Assembly: GCA_964427405.1 (NCBI GenBank)
Contig: CAYRUB010000001.1
Location: forward strand, 80,752-144,751
Length of the DNA stretch: 64,000 nucleotides
Reading direction: 5' to 3'
DNA from: an uncultured Planctomycetales bacterium
GTDB lineage: Bacteria; Omnitrophota; Gorgyraeia; Gygaellales; Profunditerraquicolaceae
The notes under the pieces were generated by a model that saw only the letters and a list, made by a program, of their open reading frames with translations, was not told where the DNA came from and made no database searches. Positions 41,944 to 50,062 of this stretch are shown piece after piece (the stretch's first letter is position 1; each line of letters begins with the position of its first letter). The position numbers and the translations under genes are program-made.

Positions 41944-43505
41944 TTATCCCGCCCTTTCTCCTTTTCTTTTAGATAACTTTTAAACGGTTCGTAAAGCTCA
42001 TAATCTACGACTTTAAAATTATCTACTTTTATCCATCTAAATATTAATCTCACCAAATCTTTTCTATCCTGTGGATCCAAACTACGCTTCGTTTCTTTAA
42101 AATTGCTTAATACTTCCTGAAGAGATAAAAGATACTGTTGTGAACGTTCTTTTTCTATTAATTTTATTCCCAATAGATTTAATTGCCTTTTTAGCTTCTG
42201 CTCCTCCTCCTTTAATGCCGCATTCTTATTCTTATATATATCTATGCTTATTTCATTATCCAAATATACCTCGGTAAGTTTACTTTGTTTTATTGATAAC
42301 TTTTCCAGTTCTTTCTTAACCAAATCTATCTGCTGCTGAATTGCCTCATCTGGTTCAATCTGAGCCTTGATAACATTATCAATACGTTTTGCAAGATTGC
42401 CTTCCTTGTCTGTTAATCTCTCAATGATGTCTAAAACCTGCGCCTCCAATATCTCTGCCCTAACCGCCGGGTTAGAACATTTATCCCGAAACTTATATCT
42501 TGCTGAACAACAATACCATGGTTTTCTTTGCTTAGTTCTATGATTAGTCATATAAGACGACCCTGTATAACCCAAACCACATTTTGCACAAACTAATACT
42601 CCAGTCAAAGCATATGTGCTAGGATTCACGCGATGAGGAAAATTCTTTCTATTTTCTTTCAACATTCTCTGAATCTTTTCGAAATCTTCCGGAGCAATCA
42701 GCACTTCATGCCGACCTTGCCCAACAATTCTTTTTTCTGGAGGATTTAGGGTATACCGCCACCCTTTCGGAGTCCTATAATAATGTCTAACATTCCATAA
42801 TATTTTCCCAGTGTAAACCGGATTCTTTAAGATACTAAGAATATGATGTCCGGTAAAAGGATTCCCACATCTACTCCTGTAGCCATTTTGAAAAAGATAT
42901 CTCCCTATTTGTATTGAACTTTTTTTGCAAAGATACATCGTATAGATTAATTTAACAATTTTAGCTTCCTCATGCACAGTTTCTAATAATTTCTTTTCTT
43001 TATTATAGTGATATCCGTATGGCGGTTGCGAAGCTCCTTGCCAATTCCCTTTCAAAACTCCTTTTATCATCCCTGGGAAAACTCTTTCAATGATTCGGTT
43101 TCTTTCAAATTCGGCAAAACTACCCAGCTGTTGACACATAAGCTTGCCTGCTGAGGTCGTTGTATCAAAAGGCTCAGTGGCTGATTTAAAAGCTATGCTT
43201 AAACTTTCTAATTCATCAATCACATTCAGCATATCCTTTAATTTACGGCTAAACCTATCGGTTTTGTAAACAAGAACTAAATCGAACATTTTTAACTTAG
43301 CATCAAACATCATCTTTCGGAACGCCGGTCTATCCAAAGTATACCCGCTGGAACACCCTCTTATTCCATCATCCTGGTAAATATGATGTACTTCGAAACC
43401 ATTATGTTTGGCATAATTCAGCAGATACTCCCTTTGCACTTCCAAAGAGTACCCTTCTCTTGCCTGGTCTTCTGTACTTACTCTTACGTAAATTGCGGCC
43501 TTCAT
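41865..43505 (-). CDS. Large serine recombinase (phage-integrase type: resolvase domain + recombinase domain + zinc ribbon + coiled coil)
   Basis: Catalytic MKAAIYVRVSTEDQ, recombinase domain, zinc ribbon CAKCG...CCSARYKFRDKC, C-terminal coiled coil. Confidence 0.85.
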   Translation of the reverse strand: MKAAIYVRVSTEDQAREGYSLEVQREYLLNYAKHNGFEVHHIYQDDGIRGCSSGYTLDRPAFRKMMFDAKLKMFDLVLVYKTDRFSRKLKDMLNVIDELESLSIAFKSATEPFDTTTSAGKLMCQQLGSFAEFERNRIIERVFPGMIKGVLKGNWQGASQPPYGYHYNKEKKLLETVHEEAKIVKLIYTMYLCKKSSIQIGRYLFQNGYRSRCGNPFTGHHILSILKNPVYTGKILWNVRHYYRTPKGWRYTLNPPEKRIVGQGRHEVLIAPEDFEKIQRMLKENRKNFPHRVNPSTYALTGVLVCAKCGLGYTGSSYMTNHRTKQRKPWYCCSARYKFRDKCSNPAVRAEILEAQVLDIIERLTDKEGNLAKRIDNVIKAQIEPDEAIQQQIDLVKKELEKLSIKQSKLTEVYLDNEISIDIYKNKNAALKEEEQKLKRQLNLLGIKLIEKERSQQYLLSLQEVLSNFKETKRSLDPQDRKDLVRLIFRWIKVDNFKVVDYELYEPFKSYLKEKEKGRDKCHLEEIQVVPRKRSQSCISELLVVR

Positions 43506-43509
43506 ATAA

Positions 43510-43716
43510 TTAGCCCCTTAGCGTAGATCTCCATTTTTTGATTTTACGGATATCCTGCGTGGTAAATACCGGAAAATTTCTATAATCTCGTTTTACTTTA
43601 ATCCAGCCTTTTTTAATCCAGAAACGAACTGTCCTCTCGTGAACTTTAAAGAGGCTAGCAGCCTGCATAACATTATATGATTTTGCCGGATGGCCTTTTT
43701 TTAATACATTCGTCAT
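43510..43716 (-). CDS. Excisionase-like HTH protein (HTH_17/AlpA-like), candidate recombination directionality factor
   Basis: YNVMQAASLFKVHERTVRFWIKKGWI HTH; 4 nt upstream of the recombinase gene. Confidence 0.5.
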   Translation of the reverse strand: MTNVLKKGHPAKSYNVMQAASLFKVHERTVRFWIKKGWIKVKRDYRNFPVFTTQDIRKIKKWRSTLRG

Positions 43717-43737
43717 AGTTCATATTATATACCATTA

Positions 43738-43902
43738 TCAAGCATTGTCAAATAATTTATCCTGCTCATTATTTTCTTTTTCATTATTTAATCGCTGTAC
43801 GGTACGGAGATCTGCCTTAAGAAGTATCTCGAAGAATTTGTCCAGGCGAGCTTGCTCCTCATCAATTCTTAATTTATCTACTCGATTATTTTCCTGGCTC
43901 AT
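43738..43902 (-). CDS. Hypothetical 54-aa ORF (own call, not in ORF track)
   Basis: ATG..TGA ORF MSQENNRVDKLRIDEEQARLDKFFEILLKADLRTVQRLNNEKENNEQDKLFDNA fills the gap between rep-organizer and HTH genes; no family recognised. Confidence 0.15.
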   Translation of the reverse strand: MSQENNRVDKLRIDEEQARLDKFFEILLKADLRTVQRLNNEKENNEQDKLFDNA

Positions 43903-44004
43903 TTATCCTTCATTATTAGTTATCCACAGAATCCACAGCTCTTATTTACTACTACTATTTCTTTAAAATCTTTCTTTGTATTATGACGAGTGGTTTGTAG
44001 ACCA

Positions 44005-44388
44005 CTAATCACCGGTGGACTGCTGACCACTACCCGGTGGTCTAGAGTTTCTAACACGATCAGCTTTCCACAACTGCCATGATGTGTATTCTTTATTTAA
44101 ACCAATCCTATTTTGCCATTCTGTTTTGTCTTTAATCAACACTTTGTCTAAAATTAACTTGTTAATTTGTCTTTTAACATAGCGGATATCTATTCTTAAT
44201 TTTCTGGCTACTGAGCCATAGCTTATAAATGCTTTGCTTGTCTTCCAACCATAGGTCCTTCTGATAACAAATAAAATGATTCTCAATTCCGTACAAGTAA
44301 AAGGATATTCAATTATCGCTTCAAATAACTCGTTAATTATTCTTGTATACCCATTCTCTAATTGAGGATTCGCTTTGAAGCCATTCAT
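44005..44388 (-). CDS. Phage replisome-organizer N-terminal-domain protein (DnaD-like HTH)
   Basis: TELRIILFVIRRTYGWKTSKAFISYGSVARKLRIDIRYVKRQINKLILDKVLIK resembles phage Rep_Org_N domains. Confidence 0.5.
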   Translation of the reverse strand: MNGFKANPQLENGYTRIINELFEAIIEYPFTCTELRIILFVIRRTYGWKTSKAFISYGSVARKLRIDIRYVKRQINKLILDKVLIKDKTEWQNRIGLNKEYTSWQLWKADRVRNSRPPGSGQQSTGD

Positions 44389-44445
44389 AAAAAATAAAAA
44401 GGGCTGGCCTCTTGAGATTTGCTCAAGAAACCAGCCCAGTTTTTC
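44389..44445. terminator. Bidirectional rho-independent terminator-like nested hairpin
   Basis: GGGCUGG-CC-UCUUGAG-AUUUG-CUCAAGA-AA-CCAGCCC flanked by A-run upstream and UUUUU downstream on the plus strand, so U-tracts on both strands; ends the ORF148-ORF60 transcript. Confidence 0.5.
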
Positions 44446-44538
44446 TCTGACCTATTGTTCAGACCGAGGTTACTGTGACTGAAAATATTATCACTTTAAA
44501 TTGTCAACTATTATAATTAGCGCAAACTTTGGGTATTG

Positions 44539-44721
44539 TCAAGCATTTTCTTTGGGTGTATTAGATATATAATTAACCTTCCCCAGTTTAGCCGGAGTCG
44601 CTTCCAGATAAAACTCCGTACCATTTGATTGCAATACTACATGCAAATATCCCTTACGCTGTAGCTTTACCATCCGCCAACCGTTAATTATCTCTTTTTC
44701 ATCCACTGTAATTTCTTCCAT
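44539..44721 (-). CDS. Hypothetical 60-aa protein (element cargo)
   Basis: Track ORF MEEITVDEKEIINGWRMVKLQRKGYLHVVLQSNGTEFYLEATPAKLGKVNYISNTPKENA; 2-nt gap after ORF148 stop suggests coupling; no family recognised. Confidence 0.3.
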   Translation of the reverse strand: MEEITVDEKEIINGWRMVKLQRKGYLHVVLQSNGTEFYLEATPAKLGKVNYISNTPKENA

Positions 44722-44723
44722 TT

Positions 44724-45170
44724 TTACCTCGACTCCTTTGGGTTTCTCTTGAGCACTGTCAATTTGTTACAATGACAGCACTCCTCAATCCTGCCCTCAT
44801 AGAAGCCGTAGAATTCCTTTAAAAGGTTTCCACAATTCTGGCAATAAGCGCGATGCATTTTTAGGTATTTATTTTTTTCAGGAAAAATAATCTTGATCCT
44901 TCTCTCCGGATGCACAAGATCTATTGCTGAAACTATCTTTTTTAAAAAATAGTCCCGCACAAATCTTATATCAGATACAACTATTTCTTTCATCTCATCA
45001 TATTGCCCATTCCTAAATTCAACTCTGAGAAAAATAAGTTGTACAGTATTGACTATTTTCCTAGATACCTCTTGAGCGTTCAAACTGATTTCACGCACAT
45101 AGCTTTTGCCATCCCTAGTCTCGGCTTCTACTATGCATTTCTCCTTGTAGACGATTTTTCCTATTGGCAT
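44724..45170 (-). CDS. Hypothetical protein with C-terminal Cys-rich zinc-ribbon (148 aa from the SD-preceded ATG)
   Basis: AGGAGAUAAG-AUG start (track ORF begins at an upstream TTG); C-terminus CQNCGNLLKEF...CCHCNKL; no family recognised. Confidence 0.4.
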   Translation of the reverse strand: MPIGKIVYKEKCIVEAETRDGKSYVREISLNAQEVSRKIVNTVQLIFLRVEFRNGQYDEMKEIVVSDIRFVRDYFLKKIVSAIDLVHPERRIKIIFPEKNKYLKMHRAYCQNCGNLLKEFYGFYEGRIEECCHCNKLTVLKRNPKESR

Positions 45171-45517
45171 CTTATCTCCTGATGATGTAAAAATAAAAAA
45201 CCCATATCGGAATACGCTCCCTAAAAAGGAATCGTCCAATATGGGTTCTAGGAACCACTAAAGGCTGTTAAGCCCTATTTTTTACTAAGTTGCTTTATAT
45301 CGTATAAATATATCTTCTCTCAAAAAAATTACTGCCTCAATAGTAACATTTGTTTCTTATAAACAATTGGATGTTGACACCGATTACCCTGCGACCCAGA
45401 AAAATTAAAATTCATTAGCATATCACCTCCTTCCTTATTTTATTTCTTTCTTACTTTCTTCTTAATTTCCTACCATTTTCTTTTCCAAAAATTAACTTTA
45501 ATCTATAAACCAGCGCT

Positions 45518-46081
45518 TTATCGGGCTTCCTGAATGCCCGATACAATTCTAAAAACTATATCGATTTCAAATTGCAATTCCCTTTTTCCAAAATCACCCG
45601 GAAACGGCAAAAACGGGCTTGCCCTCTTTACGGCATCCACAGCCTCTTTATCAAGCTCATCTATACCAGATGATGCTAAAAGCCGGACATCTTTGATCTC
45701 TCCCGAAAACAAAAGGTTAAAAGAAATACGCACCGCTCCTTCTCTGCCTAATCGCAGCGCCCAACGAGGATACCTTCTCTCTTCCTGAATTTTTTGCTTG
45801 ACGCTGTCTTGATAGCGTAAAATTGACTCTTTAATTACATCTTGACTTTCTATCGTCTCCTGAGCCGATTGCTCTTCTTTAACAACTTCTTCTATCTTTT
45901 TTTCCTGGGCCAACCGGTATTTTTCCGGAAGATACTCCGGCCTTTCATTTCTCAACTCTACTTCAATCGGTTTCTTAGTCTCTGGATTCTTTATCCGAAA
46001 TGAATTGGAACCTATCAGATAAGAATGGAAGGCGCAGGACAGAACAAAACTTACATACAAAGGGTTAATTCTTCCCATCAT
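45518..46081 (-). CDS. tonB: TonB-family energy transducer (C-terminal domain protein)
   Basis: N-terminal TM helix, Pro/Glu/Lys-rich linker, C-terminal TonB-like fold; follows exbB-exbD. Confidence 0.6.
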   Translation of the reverse strand: MMGRINPLYVSFVLSCAFHSYLIGSNSFRIKNPETKKPIEVELRNERPEYLPEKYRLAQEKKIEEVVKEEQSAQETIESQDVIKESILRYQDSVKQKIQEERRYPRWALRLGREGAVRISFNLLFSGEIKDVRLLASSGIDELDKEAVDAVKRASPFLPFPGDFGKRELQFEIDIVFRIVSGIQEAR

Positions 46082-46487
46082 CAACCTGTGTGGCGATAAC
46101 CAGATTTTCGGCTTCGGCCTGTTTAGCCGCATCCATAACCTTGACCGCCAGCCCTAAATCCACCTTTTCATCTGCCTTTATTACTACTACGCGGGAACCT
46201 GTTTTTCTTATTGATGCCTCCAGATTTTCCGCCAGATTACTTAGGGACACCTTGGCGTCGTTTAAAAATATTTCTCCGTTCTCCTTAATGAAAATAACGT
46301 TTTTATCCTGCTTCTGACTCGACGCTTGTTTCGACTCCGGCAGCTTGACATTAAATCCGCGGTGCGAGACAAAATGCGAAGAAAGCACAAAAAAAATAAG
46401 AAGCAAAAATACCATATCGATAAGAGGCGTCATATTTAAATCCGACTTTGGTTTTTTGCGCCTTTCAAAATCAAGTTCTGTCATCAA
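46065..46487 (-). CDS. exbD: Biopolymer transport protein ExbD/TolR
   Basis: KSDLNMTPLIDMVFLLLIFFV signature. Confidence 0.8.
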   Translation of the reverse strand: MMTELDFERRKKPKSDLNMTPLIDMVFLLLIFFVLSSHFVSHRGFNVKLPESKQASSQKQDKNVIFIKENGEIFLNDAKVSLSNLAENLEASIRKTGSRVVVIKADEKVDLGLAVKVMDAAKQAEAENLVIATQVDDGKN

Positions 46488-46499
46488 AAATCCCCTTAT

Positions 46500-47096
46500 T
46501 TAATGAATGTTAAATATGTCTGAAGAGATATTTTTCATCTGAATCGCCCTGTTATCAACTACCCCTTCAAAGTAATGATAAAAAATGAGCGTAGGGATAG
46601 CTACGAATAAACCGGCGGCAGTGGTTAAGAGCGCCTCCCAAATACCTCCGGCCAAAACAGCGACTTCAGCGATGCCTCCGATTTTCTCAATCTTCATAAA
46701 TGTCTGGATCATACCCGTGACTGTCCCCGTAAGCCCAAGTAAAGTAGAAATATTCCCGATTACGGAAAGAACACGCAGGCGCGCATCTGCCTGTTCTATT
46801 TCTCTTGATCCTGCCCGGCGAAGGATCTTCTGCCTTTCTTCAACCGGCTGGCTCAAGACCTTAAGCCCTACGCTCAAAAACCGCCCCAGGAAACTTTTAT
46901 CCTCATTCGCCGCAGAAATCGCATCATCAACTTTATCGTTCTTTAGCAAAAGATGCACCCGTTCAGGTAAATTCTTGGCTTTCAGCCGTGTTTTACTGAA
47001 ATAATAAAATCTCTCCAAAATAATAGTCAAAGACACGATTGAACATAGGGCAATCGGCCACATAAGTAACCCGCCTTTAATGAACAAGCTATGCAT
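46500..47096 (-). CDS. exbB: MotA/TolQ/ExbB proton-channel protein
   Basis: Three TM helices, GLTGTVTGMIQTF...A..TTAAGL. Confidence 0.8.
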   Translation of the reverse strand: MHSLFIKGGLLMWPIALCSIVSLTIILERFYYFSKTRLKAKNLPERVHLLLKNDKVDDAISAANEDKSFLGRFLSVGLKVLSQPVEERQKILRRAGSREIEQADARLRVLSVIGNISTLLGLTGTVTGMIQTFMKIEKIGGIAEVAVLAGGIWEALLTTAAGLFVAIPTLIFYHYFEGVVDNRAIQMKNISSDIFNIH

Positions 47097-47115
47097 ATCT
47101 TCCCCCCTAAATTAG

Positions 47116-49191
47116 TTAGAACTTATACGAAAGGCTTCCGTAAATAAACCGTCCAGGCTCATTGACTATTTTTACGTTTGAACCGCCCGGGTCTGTCGGG
47201 TCATATTCATAAGAATTGGCAACCGCGTATTTCTTGTCAAACATATTATCAATACCAAAATTCAAGCTCAGTCCAGCTAACAACGATTGACTCCCATTTT
47301 TCTCTCCAAACTGGTAACCCGCCCTAAAGTTAAACACATCCCAACCCTTAAGGGGTGTTTCTCCGGCATCACTATCAATCTCCTTGCTCCTCTCTGAATG
47401 CACCCATTCATATACCGCAAAGAAACCATAATTATCATAATTTAAAGCCAGTTTTGTTTTAAGCGGGGCGATTTCAGCGAGGTTTTTATCACTGTTGTTT
47501 TCCGGTTGGCTAAGTTTCTTCCCGCGTTGATAAGCTACTCCTCCTTCCAGGCTAAAACCACGCGACAAATCAAATGCAGTGGTCGCGTCCCCTCCAACTA
47601 AATATGCGTCAATATTCGTATATGTCCTGTCGCCGCTGGCTTTCTGCTCCTGATAGATATAATCGCCTAAATAACTGTAAAAACCCTTTGTCCTGAATTT
47701 TAAACGGTCAAAGATTTTTGTTTCAAACCCGATGTCAGTTTCAACGTTGCGGGAAGGCTTAAGGTCAGGGTTGCCGTAATAAGTACTGCTCTCCTGAACG
47801 TAACGCTCCACGGTAGTTGGTGTGCGGTTAGTCAAGCCTACGCCGCCGAATAAATTTGTTTCATCTTTTAAAAAATATTTCAAAAACACATTGGCGCTGG
47901 GAAAAACATCGGTTGAGCCGTTTGTGTTGGTCATCGCTTTACTAAACTTCAAATCCTCCTGCGCCTTGGTGTGAAAAACATCCGCCCGCAGCCCCGCCGT
48001 AACTGATAGCTTCCCGATATCCCGCTCGGCCTTCAGATAAGCCCCGCCGTCAATCTCGTTAACATCAGGGAAAAGCTCGTTGTTTATTATTACCCCGGTA
48101 TTTCTGTTTATGACGTTACCATACCAATTACGGAAATAAAAATCCGTCCCGTAGGTCAATAACCCTAAGCCGGCCTCGACTTTATTTTCAACCTGCGCCC
48201 CGGAGATATATGAAATCGCCTCTATCCTGTTCTGATTAACCAGGCCCGGGCCAGTCCTGTATTTTCCATACGGATAATGCTCAATACGGTTATAATAAGC
48301 CGAAATCCCGAGCTGCTCCGAGATAGAGCTGAGATTATCTATCGTATATTCAATTTTATTAAGGTAAGTTTTTTCTTTCTCCGTATCCATGGCCACGCGG
48401 GGAGTCAAAATATCATGCGCTTCGCCGTAAGAAGAAGAAAAGGAAATTTTCTGGTTATCTAAAGGTTCAATTGACGCCTTCGCCCAAAAATCATGCTTTT
48501 TAAAAGCATCAAGGTTTTTACCTTCGTCGTTATAATTGGGGTTAAAACTGCTTAATTTATTGCCCGCGCCGTCCTTATATTGGCCGGACTGCGAATAATT
48601 ATAACCGAACAGGCCCTGCAGCTTCTTGTTCCCGCCTGAAATAAACCCGCCCTGGCTCAAATATCCGTATGAGCCGAACTTGGAAAGAACCTCCCCATGG
48701 ATGCCTTCCTGGGGGTCTTTTGTAATAACGTTGATACTGCCGCCGAGGGCACCGGGAACGCCTACATCATAAGGCCCTTCCTTGACTTCAATTTTCTGTA
48801 TAGTCAATAAATTAATGTGGGAAAGCGGCGGATCCTTGCGGCTGCCGCAGGAGCCTTCGATCAAGGTATCGTCCTGCGAAAAACGCAGGTTACTCTTGGT
48901 AAAGCCTCTTAAACCCACTTCATTTCCATACCCGCTCTTCCGGATCATTGAAGCTTCAATAAGCTCATCGGATAATATCTCGGCAAGGTCAACAACTTTA
49001 TGCGACTTGAGCGTTTTCTGGCTGATTTTCTTCTTCTCTTCTATATCCAAGGCGGCATCATCATCTTCATCTTCCGAGACTATCAGCTCCCCCAGGTCAA
49101 AAACGGTTGTCTGGCCATAGGCAGAAATCAAATTACTCAAATTAAGAATCAATAATAGAACAACTATGCAACATATTCTTTTAGAAGACAT
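47116..49191 (-). CDS. TonB-dependent outer-membrane receptor
   Basis: Signal peptide, plug domain, beta-barrel, C-terminal aromatic ...GSLSYKF. Confidence 0.8.
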   Translation of the reverse strand: MSSKRICCIVVLLLILNLSNLISAYGQTTVFDLGELIVSEDEDDDAALDIEEKKKISQKTLKSHKVVDLAEILSDELIEASMIRKSGYGNEVGLRGFTKSNLRFSQDDTLIEGSCGSRKDPPLSHINLLTIQKIEVKEGPYDVGVPGALGGSINVITKDPQEGIHGEVLSKFGSYGYLSQGGFISGGNKKLQGLFGYNYSQSGQYKDGAGNKLSSFNPNYNDEGKNLDAFKKHDFWAKASIEPLDNQKISFSSSYGEAHDILTPRVAMDTEKEKTYLNKIEYTIDNLSSISEQLGISAYYNRIEHYPYGKYRTGPGLVNQNRIEAISYISGAQVENKVEAGLGLLTYGTDFYFRNWYGNVINRNTGVIINNELFPDVNEIDGGAYLKAERDIGKLSVTAGLRADVFHTKAQEDLKFSKAMTNTNGSTDVFPSANVFLKYFLKDETNLFGGVGLTNRTPTTVERYVQESSTYYGNPDLKPSRNVETDIGFETKIFDRLKFRTKGFYSYLGDYIYQEQKASGDRTYTNIDAYLVGGDATTAFDLSRGFSLEGGVAYQRGKKLSQPENNSDKNLAEIAPLKTKLALNYDNYGFFAVYEWVHSERSKEIDSDAGETPLKGWDVFNFRAGYQFGEKNGSQSLLAGLSLNFGIDNMFDKKYAVANSYEYDPTDPGGSNVKIVNEPGRFIYGSLSYKF

Positions 49192-49238
49192 CTTACCCCT
49201 CCCCTAAAGCCATGGTGGATAATTATAATTTAAACAGG

Positions 49239-49532
49239 CTAGCTTAATGGAGGAGCGCGGGAAATATTGGCGGAAGGTAAAGTCTTAACGGATGGAATGC
49301 GGGACAAAGCGGGGATAAAACTGATAGCGCTAAATATGGCATAAAAAACAACCGCAAAAAAGGATCCCTCCGCGACATAATGCAGCCAAAGACAGATAGG
49401 GCAATCATGCCCATCATCTCCGTCATGTTGCAGGCTGTGCGAAAGAGGATGGAATACCGCTATCCCAAGAAAAACAACAAAAACAGCCAGCAACAAAAAC
49501 GCGCGGTTCCTTCTTATTTGCACCTTGAACAT
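49239..49532 (-). CDS. Small membrane protein with His/Cys/Asp-rich loop (HPLSHSLQHDGDDGHDCPIC)
   Basis: Two predicted TM segments flank the metal-ligand-rich loop; overlaps fur stop and sits directly upstream of the TonB-dependent receptor. Confidence 0.4.
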   Translation of the reverse strand: MFKVQIRRNRAFLLLAVFVVFLGIAVFHPLSHSLQHDGDDGHDCPICLWLHYVAEGSFFAVVFYAIFSAISFIPALSRIPSVKTLPSANISRAPPLS

Positions 49533-49930
49533 AACCCTTCTATTTGAAGCTGATGCGACTCAACTTTAGCCTTGAAGTTATCCTCAATGAACCTGGAAAC
49601 TTTATGAAAGTCGCAAAATACCACTTCTTCAACCTTCTTGCATTTGCGACAAATAAAATGATGGTGATGCTCACCGGGAAGCGCGCAAAGAGAATAACGC
49701 ATCTGCCGGTCTTGCGTTAAGGACTTCACCAAGATACCCGCGTTCACCAGTTCATCCAATATACGGTATACTGTCGGCAACCCTATCACGGAAAGCTTCT
49801 TTTTTAACTTCCCGTAAATATCATACGGCCCCATTTGGATATTTTGCTTCATAAATAAATCTATGACTGCCTTACGCTTTGGGGTTATCTTTAGCCGGTT
49901 ATTTTTTAGGACCTGAAGATAGGATTCCAT
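49514..49930 (-). CDS. fur: Fur-family metalloregulator (Fur/Zur/PerR)
   Basis: Winged helix, HHHHFIC..C and C-terminal CSRC metal sites. Confidence 0.8.
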   Translation of the reverse strand: MESYLQVLKNNRLKITPKRKAVIDLFMKQNIQMGPYDIYGKLKKKLSVIGLPTVYRILDELVNAGILVKSLTQDRQMRYSLCALPGEHHHHFICRKCKKVEEVVFCDFHKVSRFIEDNFKAKVESHQLQIEGLCSRCK

Positions 49931-50062
49931 TTTATCTTTCTATAGATAGAAATCATTTCTATTTATGATAGCAAGAAGCAAACTACCTGTCAATGATAAT
50001 TATAAGGGCTTCTGGCATTTCTCCAGAAGCCCTTATCTCTAAAGGTATATAGTGAGTAAACT

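Larger units (their letters stand above)
41865..45517 (-). mobile_element. Compact integrated element (~3.6 kb): serine integrase, excisionase-like HTH, replisome organizer, two-gene cargo; inserted at the 5' end of miaB
   Basis: Gene content, all co-oriented, integrase abuts and overlaps miaB start, apparently more AT-rich than flanking genes by eye, bounded on the other side by 278-nt AT-rich non-coding region before tonB; exact att sites not identified. Confidence 0.5.

Noticed and set aside
43745-43966. 73-aa plus-strand ORF in the mobile element
   Set aside because: Ser/Leu low-complexity product on the strand opposite to all element genes; the minus-strand 54-aa ORF is a (weak) alternative.
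45375-45380. TTGACA -35-like hexamer on the plus strand in the element/tonB intergenic region
   Set aside because: No acceptable -10 at 16-18 nt and no plus-strand gene downstream.
49244-49426. 60-aa minus-strand ORF inside the small His/Cys membrane-protein gene
   Set aside because: Alternative frame of the same region; the longer frame has TM helices and a ligand-rich loop.
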